The notes under the pieces: generated by a model
The model's database searches: none
What the model was told of the DNA's origin: nothing
What the model saw: only the letters and a program-made list of their open reading frames with translations
Source of the DNA: an uncultured Eubacteriales bacterium
Lineage (GTDB): Bacteria; Bacillota; Clostridia; Oscillospirales; Acutalibacteraceae
Direction: 5' to 3'
DNA length: 64,000 nucleotides
NCBI GenBank assembly: GCA_964516565.1
Contig: CAZEXA010000002.1
Coordinates: 1,556-65,555 of the forward strand
Program-made: the position numbers and the translations under genes
Shown: positions 16,098 through 24,708 of the stretch, piece after piece
How the letters are laid out: every line of letters begins with the position of its first letter
How positions within the stretch are numbered: the stretch's first letter is position 1

Positions 16098-17446
16098 TAC
16101 AGGAGCCTTTCCTTGACGACCTCGACAAGTTCTTCGGCGAGATTGTTGATTTTATCGACATCCCTGCCTTCAAGCATAACGCGCACCAGCGGTTCGGTTC
16201 CCGAAACGCGGACCAGCACGCGCCCGTCCTCACCCAGCTCCGCCTCGGCGGCGGCAATCGCCCTCTGAATCTCAGGGTCACGCGGGAAGCGCGCCTTGCC
16301 GAAATCCGACACGCGGACATTGAGCATCGTCTGCGGGAATATTCTCATCCTGTCCCCGAGTACGGAAAGCTTTTCCTTTGTCGCAGCCATGACCTGCAGC
16401 AGCTTTATGGCGGAGAGCTGACCGTCGCCGGTTGTCGCGTAGTCGAGGAAAATGATGTGTCCGGACTGCTCACCGCCGAGATTGTAGCCGTTTTGCAGCA
16501 TGTTCTCAAGGACGTATCTGTCTCCGACCTTTGTTTTTTCACAGAGAATGTCATTTTCCTTGCAGAACTCGAAAAAGCCCATATTACTCATGACCGTCAC
16601 GACGGCGGTATCCTTTTTGAGCAATCCCCTTTTCTTCATATATTCGGCGCAGATAGCGATGATTTTATCGCCGTTTATGACCTCGCCGTTCTCGTCTACC
16701 GCCAAAAGCCTGTCGGCGTCACCGTCAAAGGCGAGACCGGCGTCACAGCCGTTTCTAACGACGAAATCACACAGCCGCGGGAGATGGGTCGAACCGCAGT
16801 TGTCGTTGATGTTGACGCCGTTGGGGTGGGCGCTGATAAACAGGCAGTCTATCCCTAAGGACATGAACAGCTCCGGAGCGATGACGCTGGCGCTGCCGTT
16901 GGCACAGTCAAAGGCGATTTTCAAACCGTCCAAGGGGCTTGTCGCACAGCTTTTCAGATATTCGATATAATCGACACGCGCCGTCTTTGAATTCTTGATA
17001 CGTCCGACCTCTCCGCCGATTTTTATGGGCGGCACGGCGCTCTTGTCGAGGATAATCGACTCGATTTCCTCCTCAAGCTCATCGGGAAGCTTGTAGCCGC
17101 TCCCCTGAAAAATCTTGATGCCGTTGTACTCACACGGGTTGTGCGACGCCGAGATCATAATTCCCGCATCGTAGCCGTATTTTTTGACGAGGTAGGCGAC
17201 AGCCGGGGTCGGGACGATATTGAGAAGAAGAACATCCGCCCCGACCGAGCAGAGTCCCGCGCTGATGGACGCTTCGAGCATCTGCGAGGAGGCTCTGGTG
17301 TCCATGCCGATGAGTACACGCGGCTTTTTTGATGTGTGTCTTGTGAGAACCATGGCGGCGGCTCTGCCGATACTGACGGCCAGTTCGCAGGTCAGCTCGC
17401 TGTTGGCGATACCTCGAGCGCCGTCCGTTCCGAATAATCGACCCAT
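16097..17446 (-). CDS. glmM: Phosphoglucosamine mutase
   Basis: 449 aa. Starts MGRLFGTDGARG, with active-site loop GIMISASHNP and metal site FDGDADR. SD GGAAGGGG. Confidence 0.92.
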   Translation of the reverse strand: MGRLFGTDGARGIANSELTCELAVSIGRAAAMVLTRHTSKKPRVLIGMDTRASSQMLEASISAGLCSVGADVLLLNIVPTPAVAYLVKKYGYDAGIMISASHNPCEYNGIKIFQGSGYKLPDELEEEIESIILDKSAVPPIKIGGEVGRIKNSKTARVDYIEYLKSCATSPLDGLKIAFDCANGSASVIAPELFMSLGIDCLFISAHPNGVNINDNCGSTHLPRLCDFVVRNGCDAGLAFDGDADRLLAVDENGEVINGDKIIAICAEYMKKRGLLKKDTAVVTVMSNMGFFEFCKENDILCEKTKVGDRYVLENMLQNGYNLGGEQSGHIIFLDYATTGDGQLSAIKLLQVMAATKEKLSVLGDRMRIFPQTMLNVRVSDFGKARFPRDPEIQRAIAAAEAELGEDGRVLVRVSGTEPLVRVMLEGRDVDKINNLAEELVEVVKERLL

Positions 17447-17463
17447 GAAATACCCCTTCCAAT

Positions 17464-17533
17464 TCAGACATCAGATTTCAGATGTCAGATGTCAGATGTT
17501 AGATGTTAGATGTTAGATGTTAGACGTTAGATT
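17464..17533. repeat. Ten tandem copies of a 7-bp unit (T[C/T]AGAnn) directly upstream of the glmM SD
   Basis: Units in order: tcagaca, tcagatt, tcagatg x3, ttagatg x3, ttagacg, ttagatt. The array is non-coding and ends 17 nt from the glmM ATG. Confidence 0.95.
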
Positions 17534-17549
17534 TAAAGGAACCTGCGCA

Positions 17550-17593
17550 AAGAACTGCAAGCAGTTCTTTTGGAACCGCAAGCGGTTCTTTTT
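17550..17593. terminator. Two tandem, near-identical stem-loops with T-runs (ruvB/glmM intergenic)
   Basis: agaactgcaagcagttctttt is followed by gaaccgcaagcggttcttttt. The two ~22-nt units differ by a compensatory T:A to C:G stem change. The T-runs are canonical on the + strand and weaker on the minus strand. Confidence 0.55.
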
Positions 17594-17644
17594 AAAACGC
17601 TAAAGCATTTTCGTGCAATTTAAAACTCTAATAGACATTGTTGG

Positions 17645-18703
17645 TTAATCTTCAAGAGAGATGGCGATTTGATCGTCGCCGGGCGATGAGGGGGCTGATA
17701 GCCCCAAATGCCGGTATCCTGCCGGCGTCACCTTGCGCCCGCGCGGCGTGCGCGAAAGAAATCCGAGCTGCATCAGATACGGCTCATAGACATCCTCGAT
17801 GGTGACAGCCTCTTCACCGATGGCTGCCGCGATGGTTTCAAGGCCTACCGGTCCCCCGTCATAATTTTCAATCATTGCGCGCAGAAGCAGCCTGTCAACA
17901 AGGTCAAGCCCCAGCTCGTCAATCTCCATACGGTCAAGCGCTTTATTTGCCAGCTTGTCGGTAATGGCGTCCTCCCCGGCAACCTGCGCGAAATCACGCG
18001 CACGTTTTAACAGGCGGTTGGCTATACGCGGCGTTCCCCTTGAACGCGAAGCCAACTCAAGGCTTCCGGCGTCGGTGATGTTTATTCCGAGTATCCCCGC
18101 GCTGCGTTTCGCTATGCGCGACAGCTCTTCGGGAGAATACAGCTCAAGACGCAGAATCACACCGAAACGGTCACGCAGGGGCGCCGAGAGCTGACCGGCG
18201 CGCGTCGTCGCTCCGACGAGTGTAAAGCGCGGCAAATCCAGCCGGATTGAGCGCGCCGACGGTCCCTTGCCGATAATAATGTCGATGGCGTAGTCCTCAA
18301 GCGCCGGATAGAGCACTTCCTCCACACTGCGCGAGAGTCTGTGTACCTCGTCAATAAAGAGGACATCGCCCTCGTTCAGGTTCGTCAGCAGCGCCGCCAA
18401 ATCCCCCGGCCGTTCGATGGCAGGTCCCGAGGTCACGCGGATACGCACGTTCATCTCGTTGGCAATGATACCGGCAAGCGTGGTCTTTCCCAGCCCCGGA
18501 GGACCGTAGAGCAGTACATGGTCAAGTGTTTCGCCGCGCCCGCGGGCGGCGTCGATATACACCTTGAGATTATCTTTAACCTTCTCCTGTCCGACATACT
18601 CCGTGAGGAGCTTGGGGCGCAGGGTCGTTTCGATTTCCGCGTCCGCGCCCGTCTGTTCGGGAGCTACTGTACGTTCAAAATCGGCAACGTAAAAATCGTC
18701 CAT
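17645..18703 (-). CDS. ruvB: Holliday junction branch-migration helicase
   Basis: 352 aa. Motifs [21 protein letters not shown], and [18 protein letters not shown]. Confidence 0.93.
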   Translation of the reverse strand: MDDFYVADFERTVAPEQTGADAEIETTLRPKLLTEYVGQEKVKDNLKVYIDAARGRGETLDHVLLYGPPGLGKTTLAGIIANEMNVRIRVTSGPAIERPGDLAALLTNLNEGDVLFIDEVHRLSRSVEEVLYPALEDYAIDIIIGKGPSARSIRLDLPRFTLVGATTRAGQLSAPLRDRFGVILRLELYSPEELSRIAKRSAGILGINITDAGSLELASRSRGTPRIANRLLKRARDFAQVAGEDAITDKLANKALDRMEIDELGLDLVDRLLLRAMIENYDGGPVGLETIAAAIGEEAVTIEDVYEPYLMQLGFLSRTPRGRKVTPAGYRHLGLSAPSSPGDDQIAISLED

Positions 18704-18772
18704 TTGGTTTCCCTTCTCCGCTATATTGCCGCTTAAGCGACAAATCCAAGACCGATTTGGTTCTGAATGTCA

Positions 18773-19369
18773 TCATCCCATGCCGCGAAGCGCCGCCTTG
18801 ATCAGCTGCTCGACGCTCAACGACGGGTCAAGTTTGCTTAAGGCTACGGCCGCTTCGCTCTGCGAATACCCCAGCTCCGTCAGCGCCGCGACGGCGCTCT
18901 GGGTATTCGTCATCTCACCGACCGCACCCACGGCGGCAACCGAAATACCGCTGTCCCGCCCTCCGGAATAGCCGAGCTTATCTTTCAGCTCAAGTACGAC
19001 CCGCTGGGCAAGCTTAGGCCCTACCCCCTGCGCTCTTGTAATAGACTTGCTGTCTCCCGAGGCGACGGCGATACTCAGCCTGTCGGGTGTAAATTCCGAT
19101 AAAATCGCCAGCGCCGCTTTGGGACCGACGCCCGAAACGCCAATCAGGAGTTTAAAGGCGTCAAGCTCGCCGGGATCGTAAAAACCGTAAAGCTCCAGCG
19201 CGTCCTCGCGCACGTTGAGGTGGGTGAACAGCGTGACCGTGCCGCCCTTCTCCCCGAGCTGCCGCAAGGTGTTGTACGTGGTAAAGCAGCGAAACGCCAC
19301 GCCGCCGCACTCAACGGCTACCGAAGTTTCATCCCGGTAGACGATATTTCCGCAGATACTGTAAAACAT
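18773..19369 (-). CDS. ruvA: Holliday junction DNA-binding protein
   Basis: 198 aa. It has an N-terminal OB-like region and HhH motifs (LIGVSGVGPKAALAIL, ITRAQGVGPKLAQRV). Confidence 0.9.
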   Translation of the reverse strand: MFYSICGNIVYRDETSVAVECGGVAFRCFTTYNTLRQLGEKGGTVTLFTHLNVREDALELYGFYDPGELDAFKLLIGVSGVGPKAALAILSEFTPDRLSIAVASGDSKSITRAQGVGPKLAQRVVLELKDKLGYSGGRDSGISVAAVGAVGEMTNTQSAVAALTELGYSQSEAAVALSKLDPSLSVEQLIKAALRGMG

Positions 19370-19405
19370 AAGTAATCTCTCCGTTATTACAGGGTATAAG
19401 GCTTC

Positions 19406-19900
19406 CTACCGGGCAAGGCGGTTCATCAGCGAGCCGCTCGAATGGGCGTGACATATAGCCAGCGCCAGGGCGTCGGCGGCGTCGTCCGGCTTCGGAATCG
19501 CGGACAGGTTCAGCAGAATGCGCACCATTTCCTGCACCTGCTGCTTTTCGGCGCGGCCATAGCCGACAACGCTTTGCTTGACCTGCAAGGGGGTATACTC
19601 ATAAACCGGGACATGCTGTTTCTGTGCTGCCAAAACGCAGACGCCGCGCGCCTGGCAGACGTCAATAGCCGTCTTCTGATTGCTGTTGAAAAAGAGTTTT
19701 TCGATGCTGACCGCGTCGGGCTTAAAACGGACAAGCAGTTCACTTACATCGTCGTAAATCTTTTCAAGGCGCAGGTGAAAGGGCGTACCGGCTTCGGTGG
19801 AAACCGCGCCGTAACCGCATAGCTTGAAGTTGGTTCTGACATATTCCACCACGCCGCAGCCGACGAGGGCATAGCCCGGATCGATGCCGAGAATCACCAA
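19406..19900 (-). CDS. ruvC: Crossover junction endodeoxyribonuclease
   Basis: 164 aa. ILGIDPG at the N-terminus, DAADALALAICH near the C-terminus, and a TTG/GTG start. Confidence 0.9.
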   Translation of the reverse strand: MVILGIDPGYALVGCGVVEYVRTNFKLCGYGAVSTEAGTPFHLRLEKIYDDVSELLVRFKPDAVSIEKLFFNSNQKTAIDVCQARGVCVLAAQKQHVPVYEYTPLQVKQSVVGYGRAEKQQVQEMVRILLNLSAIPKPDDAADALALAICHAHSSGSLMNRLAR

Positions 19901-20079
19901 GACGACCGTCCCTTTCGTACTTTCAACTATATTCGGAATATTATACCATATGGCCGCCTGTTCGGCAAGGTTTTTTTACTCGTAAAAATATTTCTAAGAA
20001 ATTTTCCTTTCCTCGGCTGCTTTTGCGTCCCTTTGCCAAAAAGGGTCGTAAAGCCCCTTAAAACGCCTGTTTCCTTTTA

Positions 20080-20108
20080 TTGACAGAATAAAAATGTTGT
20101 GTTAGTAT
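20080..20108 (+). promoter_or_regulatory. Near-consensus sigma-A promoter placed to give a leaderless GNAT mRNA
   Basis: TTGACA (20080-20085), a 17-nt spacer, then TAGTAT (20103-20108). Only 6 nt (ggcgat) separate the -10 box from ATG 20115, and there is no SD. Confidence 0.5.
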
Positions 20109-20114
20109 GGCGAT

Positions 20115-21308
20115 ATGAAAGAGAAGGGAACGGTACAAAAATTGATAAGTGACACCATTTACAAAGGCAGAGGCACATCGGAGGAAAACGAAAAACTGGT
20201 ACAAATGATCAACGCGGTGTTTTCACCTGAGCGCGACAGCGGCTTTGATTTTTACGAACTGCTGCCGAAACTGTACAAGCATGACTACTATCCCGCGCAG
20301 CACAACTTCATCGTGCGCGAGGGGGAGGAGATCAAGGGCGCCGTCGGGCTGTATTACGGTACGCTTACTGCCGGAGAAGGACAGCTTTTCTGCGGAGGTA
20401 TCGGCAACGTCGCCGTCACGCGCGACTGCCGCTCAAAGGGCTACATGAAGGACTGTATGAGCTTAGCGCTGCGGGACATGGTCGAGAAGGGCGCGGACAT
20501 CGGCTTTTTGGGCGGACAGCGTCAGCGCTATGCCTATTTCTCCTACGAGCAGGGCGGACAAGCCTATCATTTTACATACTCGATGAGAAATATGCAGCAT
20601 GTGTTCGGAATGAAAGCCGAAAGCGCTTTTGAAATTGTCCCGGTCAAAAAGGACGACAGCCGCCTGCTCGACGACATCCACGCGCTCCATGGGAAAAAAA
20701 CGTACCGTTTTGCCCGCAAACGCGAAGACCTGTATGATATTTTGACCTCATGGGAAAACACCCCGGTCGCCTTCACACGAAACGGTGAATTCAAGGGCTA
20801 CTGTATCCTGAGCGACAACGGCTCCTACGCCGACGATCTGACGCTCTTAGACCCCGCGGACAGTAAGGACGCGGCGCTGGCGCTGCTGGAGAACAATCCC
20901 GGTGCAAACATTTCCTTAAACCTGCCGCCCTGCGAAACGGCGCTTATCCGCTTTTTCTCGGATTTCGCCGAACACTGCTCGATACATACCGCCGAAAACA
21001 TGACGGTTCTCAACTACCAAAACGCCCTACAGGTTCTGTTGAGCTACAAGGCACGCTACAGTCCCCTGTGTGACACCGACACGAAACTTCTGATTCACGG
21101 CTTTGCCGGCGATGAGAATATCCGGATTACGGTCAGGAACAATCATGTGTCCGTCACGCCGTGCGAGGGCGCAGATTTAGAGCTTGACCACCTGACAGCT
21201 GTCAGAACACTGTTCGGCATCTGTCCTCCAAACCATGAAAAGCTGCCTGTCACTTTCAAGGCTATCCTTCCCGTGCCGTTTTTTGTGGCGGGAGCAGATA
21301 ACGTTTAA
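20115..21308 (+). CDS. GNAT-family N-acetyltransferase, Eis-like (~400 aa, with a C-terminal sterol-carrier-like region)
   Basis: 397 aa. The acetyl-CoA loop is GIGNVAVTRDCRSKGYMKD. The length and two-lobed architecture resemble Eis-type enzymes. Confidence 0.6.
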   Translation: MKEKGTVQKLISDTIYKGRGTSEENEKLVQMINAVFSPERDSGFDFYELLPKLYKHDYYPAQHNFIVREGEEIKGAVGLYYGTLTAGEGQLFCGGIGNVAVTRDCRSKGYMKDCMSLALRDMVEKGADIGFLGGQRQRYAYFSYEQGGQAYHFTYSMRNMQHVFGMKAESAFEIVPVKKDDSRLLDDIHALHGKKTYRFARKREDLYDILTSWENTPVAFTRNGEFKGYCILSDNGSYADDLTLLDPADSKDAALALLENNPGANISLNLPPCETALIRFFSDFAEHCSIHTAENMTVLNYQNALQVLLSYKARYSPLCDTDTKLLIHGFAGDENIRITVRNNHVSVTPCEGADLELDHLTAVRTLFGICPPNHEKLPVTFKAILPVPFFVAGADNV

Positions 21309-21326
21309 GAAGAAAGGAAGTACAAC

Positions 21327-21836
21327 ATGAAATCAAGGATTCTCGCGCTCAGTCTTGCCGTCGTGCTCATCGGTGCCGTCTTCGCCGGTTGCGGCATTAA
21401 CACGGGTACATCGAGCACCACAACAAGCACCACTGCCGCCCAGACCGGCGTCTATACACTGCCTGCCGGGGACGGTACCTACGCTTCTACAACCTCGACA
21501 AACACCGCCTCATCCTCAGCGACGGTCGCCGCCTCCGTGAGCGCCTCGACGAGTGCTACCGACACAAACACCGGCGTCAGCATCTCGGCGAGTACGACCT
21601 TCCAATCGGGCGGCACAGCGGGACAATACGCGACGGGAACGTATACCGTCAATACGCAGACAAGTCCCTTAAGTATGCGTTTGGCTCCGACGGACTCCGA
21701 CAAAACCGTCACCATCCGCACCATCCCGAAGGGCACCAAAATCACTGTTTGGGCTGTTCATGACGGCTGGGGCTACGTTGTCTATGAGAACTCCGGCGGC
21801 TGGGTCGCCATGAAATACCTTAAGGCAGCCTCGTAA
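21327..21836 (+). CDS. Secreted lipoprotein with an S/T-rich linker and a C-terminal SH3b-like domain
   Basis: 169 aa. Lipobox LIGAVFAGC, a ~80-aa S/T/A low-complexity linker, and the SH3-like C-terminus GTKITVWAVHDGWGYVVYENSGGWVAMKYL. Confidence 0.65.
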   Translation: MKSRILALSLAVVLIGAVFAGCGINTGTSSTTTSTTAAQTGVYTLPAGDGTYASTTSTNTASSSATVAASVSASTSATDTNTGVSISASTTFQSGGTAGQYATGTYTVNTQTSPLSMRLAPTDSDKTVTIRTIPKGTKITVWAVHDGWGYVVYENSGGWVAMKYLKAAS

Positions 21837-22717
21837 TGAGCGTTTGCCGTCTGTGTCCGCGGCACTGTAATGCAGACAGAGAAGCCTCCGGCAACGCCGG
21901 AGGCTTTTGCGGTATGCCCTCCCTCCCCGTGCTTGCCCGCGCCGGCGTCCATCTCTGGGAGGAACCGTGTATCAGCGGAAAAAACGGATCGGGCACCGTC
22001 TTTTTTTCGGGATGCAATCTGAAATGCATCTACTGCCAGAATGAGAAAATCAGCCTTGAGGGGTTCGGGAAGCCCGTAACCGCCGGGCGGCTGTCTGAAA
22101 TATTTGCCGCGCTTGAGCAAAAGGGCGTCCACAACTTAAACCTCGTCACCCCCTCGCATTACGCAGAGGCTGTCGCCGAGGCGCTGACGCTCTATACACC
22201 CCATATCCCCGTCATATGGAACTCCGGCGGATACGACAGCCTTCGTGAGCTACGCCTGCTTGAAGGGCAAATTGACGTTTTTCTGCCCGACTTTAAGTAC
22301 AGCGACAACGCTCTTGCCGCAGAGTATTCCGGTGCGCCGGACTATTTTGAAACCGCCTCGGCCGCCATTCGGGAGATGTACCGGCAAACCGGGGATTGTG
22401 TTTACAGCGAAGACGGTATGTTGCAAAAGGGCGTGTTGATCCGTCACCTCGTCCTGCCGGGACAACTCGACAACTCCAAGGGCGTAATCGACTTTTTAAG
22501 CGCCTTTATCCGGGACAAAAGCGTCCTGTTCAGCCTGATGAGCCAATTCACCCCGACGGACAACTGTCCGAAAGAGCTTTCCCGCCGTCTGACGAAAGAG
22601 GAATACGATACTGTTTGTGATTATCTGTTTGATTCGGGTATTACAGACGGCTTCATGCAGGAGCTGTCAAGTGCCGAAAAAGAATATATCCCCGACTTCG
22701 ACCTGTCGGGGATATGA
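21836..22717 (+). CDS. Radical SAM protein, PflX-like (homolog of pyruvate formate-lyase activase, COG1313)
   Basis: 293 aa. N-terminal CRLCPRHCNADR...FCG and the radical SAM triad CNLKCIYCQN. It forms a TAATG overlap with the upstream gene. Confidence 0.7.
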   Translation: MSVCRLCPRHCNADREASGNAGGFCGMPSLPVLARAGVHLWEEPCISGKNGSGTVFFSGCNLKCIYCQNEKISLEGFGKPVTAGRLSEIFAALEQKGVHNLNLVTPSHYAEAVAEALTLYTPHIPVIWNSGGYDSLRELRLLEGQIDVFLPDFKYSDNALAAEYSGAPDYFETASAAIREMYRQTGDCVYSEDGMLQKGVLIRHLVLPGQLDNSKGVIDFLSAFIRDKSVLFSLMSQFTPTDNCPKELSRRLTKEEYDTVCDYLFDSGITDGFMQELSSAEKEYIPDFDLSGI

Positions 22718-22732
22718 TTAAAACCTTTTTGT

Positions 22733-23626
22733 TTAGAACCCTTTCATTTTGGCAAGGTCCCTGTAATTGATGAGCTGAATGCCGCAGTCCTTGATGTGCT
22801 GCTGGAATGCGGGGTCGCCGAATAGCCTGTGCTCCCAGACGCGGCGGTGCCACGCGCCGCTAATCGCTTTCAGCTCGTCACACTCGAGAGCCGGGTGGAT
22901 ATAGGTTTCGGTAACGCCGTCGGGGAATGTCTTATACAGTTCGTATATGTATTCCCGATAGTTTTCATAGCTGTCGTTCTGCGGACCGTTCCACTCTCCG
23001 GGTATCAGATAGTCGGGGACGGCAACGCCCTTGTCGCTCGCGTATTGTACAAACCGGTCAAACAGCGACTGTATGAGCGATTGATCAATTTTGACTTCGA
23101 GTGTGTCGTTATCAAGCTGCCCCTCCAAAAATTTTCCGGGGAAACGGAAGGGAAGCTTGTACTCCGAACATATATCAAAGGTTAGGTTGAGCAGTTCAAA
23201 ACGACCGGTTTCAATGCCGTAAAGCGAACCCATGTGGTTGTCGAGATGCGACGGGTTGAGCCCGTAGCGTTTGCAGTTCTCGACCTGGCAGCGAATTTCC
23301 CCCTCGACCTCGTCGAGGTCGGCTTTTTCCTCAAATTCATCGGATTCATGATACATGAAGCCCTCCGCATCACGCAATGAATCGGTGTTCTGCCTGTTCA
23401 TCGGAGCCCAGCGGTAAGAGCCCCACTCGCTTGTGAACGTCAAGTGAACGCCGATGGCGTGTGCGGGATGTTGTCCCGCCCATTTGGCGGCTTCCTTTGC
23501 CCAGGAACAGGGAGTCATTATTGTTGAAGAAGTGATGCAGCCCCGCTCAAGCAAATCGAATACAGCCAGATTGGCGGCGTGGCACATTCCGAAATCGTCA
23601 GCATTGATAATCAAATATTTTTCCAT
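22733..23626 (-). CDS. ChbG/YdjC-family carbohydrate deacetylase
   Basis: 297 aa. The N-terminus YLIINADDFGMCHAANLAVFDLLERGCITSSTIM is the YdjC signature. Confidence 0.75.
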   Translation of the reverse strand: MEKYLIINADDFGMCHAANLAVFDLLERGCITSSTIMTPCSWAKEAAKWAGQHPAHAIGVHLTFTSEWGSYRWAPMNRQNTDSLRDAEGFMYHESDEFEEKADLDEVEGEIRCQVENCKRYGLNPSHLDNHMGSLYGIETGRFELLNLTFDICSEYKLPFRFPGKFLEGQLDNDTLEVKIDQSLIQSLFDRFVQYASDKGVAVPDYLIPGEWNGPQNDSYENYREYIYELYKTFPDGVTETYIHPALECDELKAISGAWHRRVWEHRLFGDPAFQQHIKDCGIQLINYRDLAKMKGF

Positions 23627-23681
23627 AAACCAAACCCCTTACCGTTTTCCTTACATAATTCGCCAAGATTTACACTCGCTG

Positions 23682-23710
23682 ATTATACCAGTTTCCCGCG
23701 CCGGGCGCAA
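23682..23710 (-). promoter_or_regulatory. Candidate promoter for the ChbG-like gene
   Basis: On the minus strand: TTGCGC (23710..23705), a 17-nt spacer, then TATAAT (23687..23682). Confidence 0.35.
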
Positions 23711-23711
23711 C

Positions 23712-23747
23712 AAAAAAACGGAGAAGTCAATGACTTCTCCGTTTTTC
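23712..23747. terminator. Rho-independent terminator after the E2-like gene (bidirectional A-run/T-run)
   Basis: cggagaagt (23719-23727), loop caatg, then acttctccg (23733-23741). It is flanked by A7 upstream and T5 downstream, so on the minus strand the stem is followed by T7. Confidence 0.7.
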
Positions 23748-23779
23748 ATACTTTTTTCAGAAATATTTGTGCAAAATCA

Positions 23780-24694
23780 CTACAGCTTGAGCAACTCGTC
23801 GGGATTTTCAAAAATCTCCTTAAGCCTGTCAAGAAAGGGCTTTACCTCCCCGAAATCGAGTGCACGGTGGTCAAAACAAACGCACAGCGGCAATATCTGC
23901 GCGATTTTTATCTCGTCCTCTCCTGCGGCGTTCGTTTCGATGACAGGGGCTTTCCGCATCGCGCCGATGCCGATGACGCTCACCTGCGGCGGAATAATCA
24001 TCAATATTCCGATAGTCCCCGGATGATCACGCGTAATGGAGCCGACATTCGATATCGTGATGGTTCCCTGCTTCAAATCGTCACGGGTCAGCCTGTCGCC
24101 GACAGGGATGCTTTCGTATTCTTTCTTCTCCTTGCCAGAGAGGGTCTTTACCCTGTGTTTCCCCGTTTTTGAGCCGAGCAGACGCAGACACACCTTGATG
24201 ACATGTCCGTGCTTCAGATGTTCCAGCGTATCATGCAAAGACACAGAATACATGGCTTCGTCAAGGTTGGTGTTCTTGATTTTTCGTCCGGTATCCGTTA
24301 TGTACTCATGCAGATTTAAAAGCGAGCGATTCCCGACATCCTTAAGATTGAAGGTCATCATATGACCGGAGGGAAGAATCCACGGGGTAGACACGTCAAT
24401 GTTGTCATACTGCGTTATTTTTCCGCGGACAAGACTCCTGTTAAACTCAAGATGCGCGTTCATCTGCGGGGCGGCTTTGATTGCCTCGGTAATCGCTTTG
24501 AGAATGACCGTATTGATTGTGATCTTCTTGCCCTCGGGCAGGGCGGCGTTAAATGCCTTGTATTTCTCATAAAACAACGTCACGTCCGGTTCATAGATAT
24601 AGCTGACGTGCGGAATTTCGTTCCAACTCTGGGTCGTCATATTGGCAATGATTTTGCGCTGGATGCCGAATCTGGAAACATTTTTAATGTTCAT
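23780..24694 (-). CDS. Stand-alone 2-oxoacid dehydrogenase E2-type acyltransferase catalytic domain (no lipoyl or E3-binding domain)
   Basis: 304 aa. The catalytic motif is CFDHRALDFGE (DHRxxDG-like), with ISNVGS upstream. An internal ~60-aa basic insertion is present, and the protein starts directly at the catalytic domain. Confidence 0.65.
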   Translation of the reverse strand: MNIKNVSRFGIQRKIIANMTTQSWNEIPHVSYIYEPDVTLFYEKYKAFNAALPEGKKITINTVILKAITEAIKAAPQMNAHLEFNRSLVRGKITQYDNIDVSTPWILPSGHMMTFNLKDVGNRSLLNLHEYITDTGRKIKNTNLDEAMYSVSLHDTLEHLKHGHVIKVCLRLLGSKTGKHRVKTLSGKEKKEYESIPVGDRLTRDDLKQGTITISNVGSITRDHPGTIGILMIIPPQVSVIGIGAMRKAPVIETNAAGEDEIKIAQILPLCVCFDHRALDFGEVKPFLDRLKEIFENPDELLKL

Positions 24695-24708
24695 AGTGTA
24701 CCCTCCGT

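Noticed and set aside
17464-17533. Whether the repeat array could be a CRISPR array or a coding repeat.
   Set aside because: The units are 7 bp with no spacers, there are no cas genes, and the array is not inside any supported ORF. It is a simple tandem repeat.
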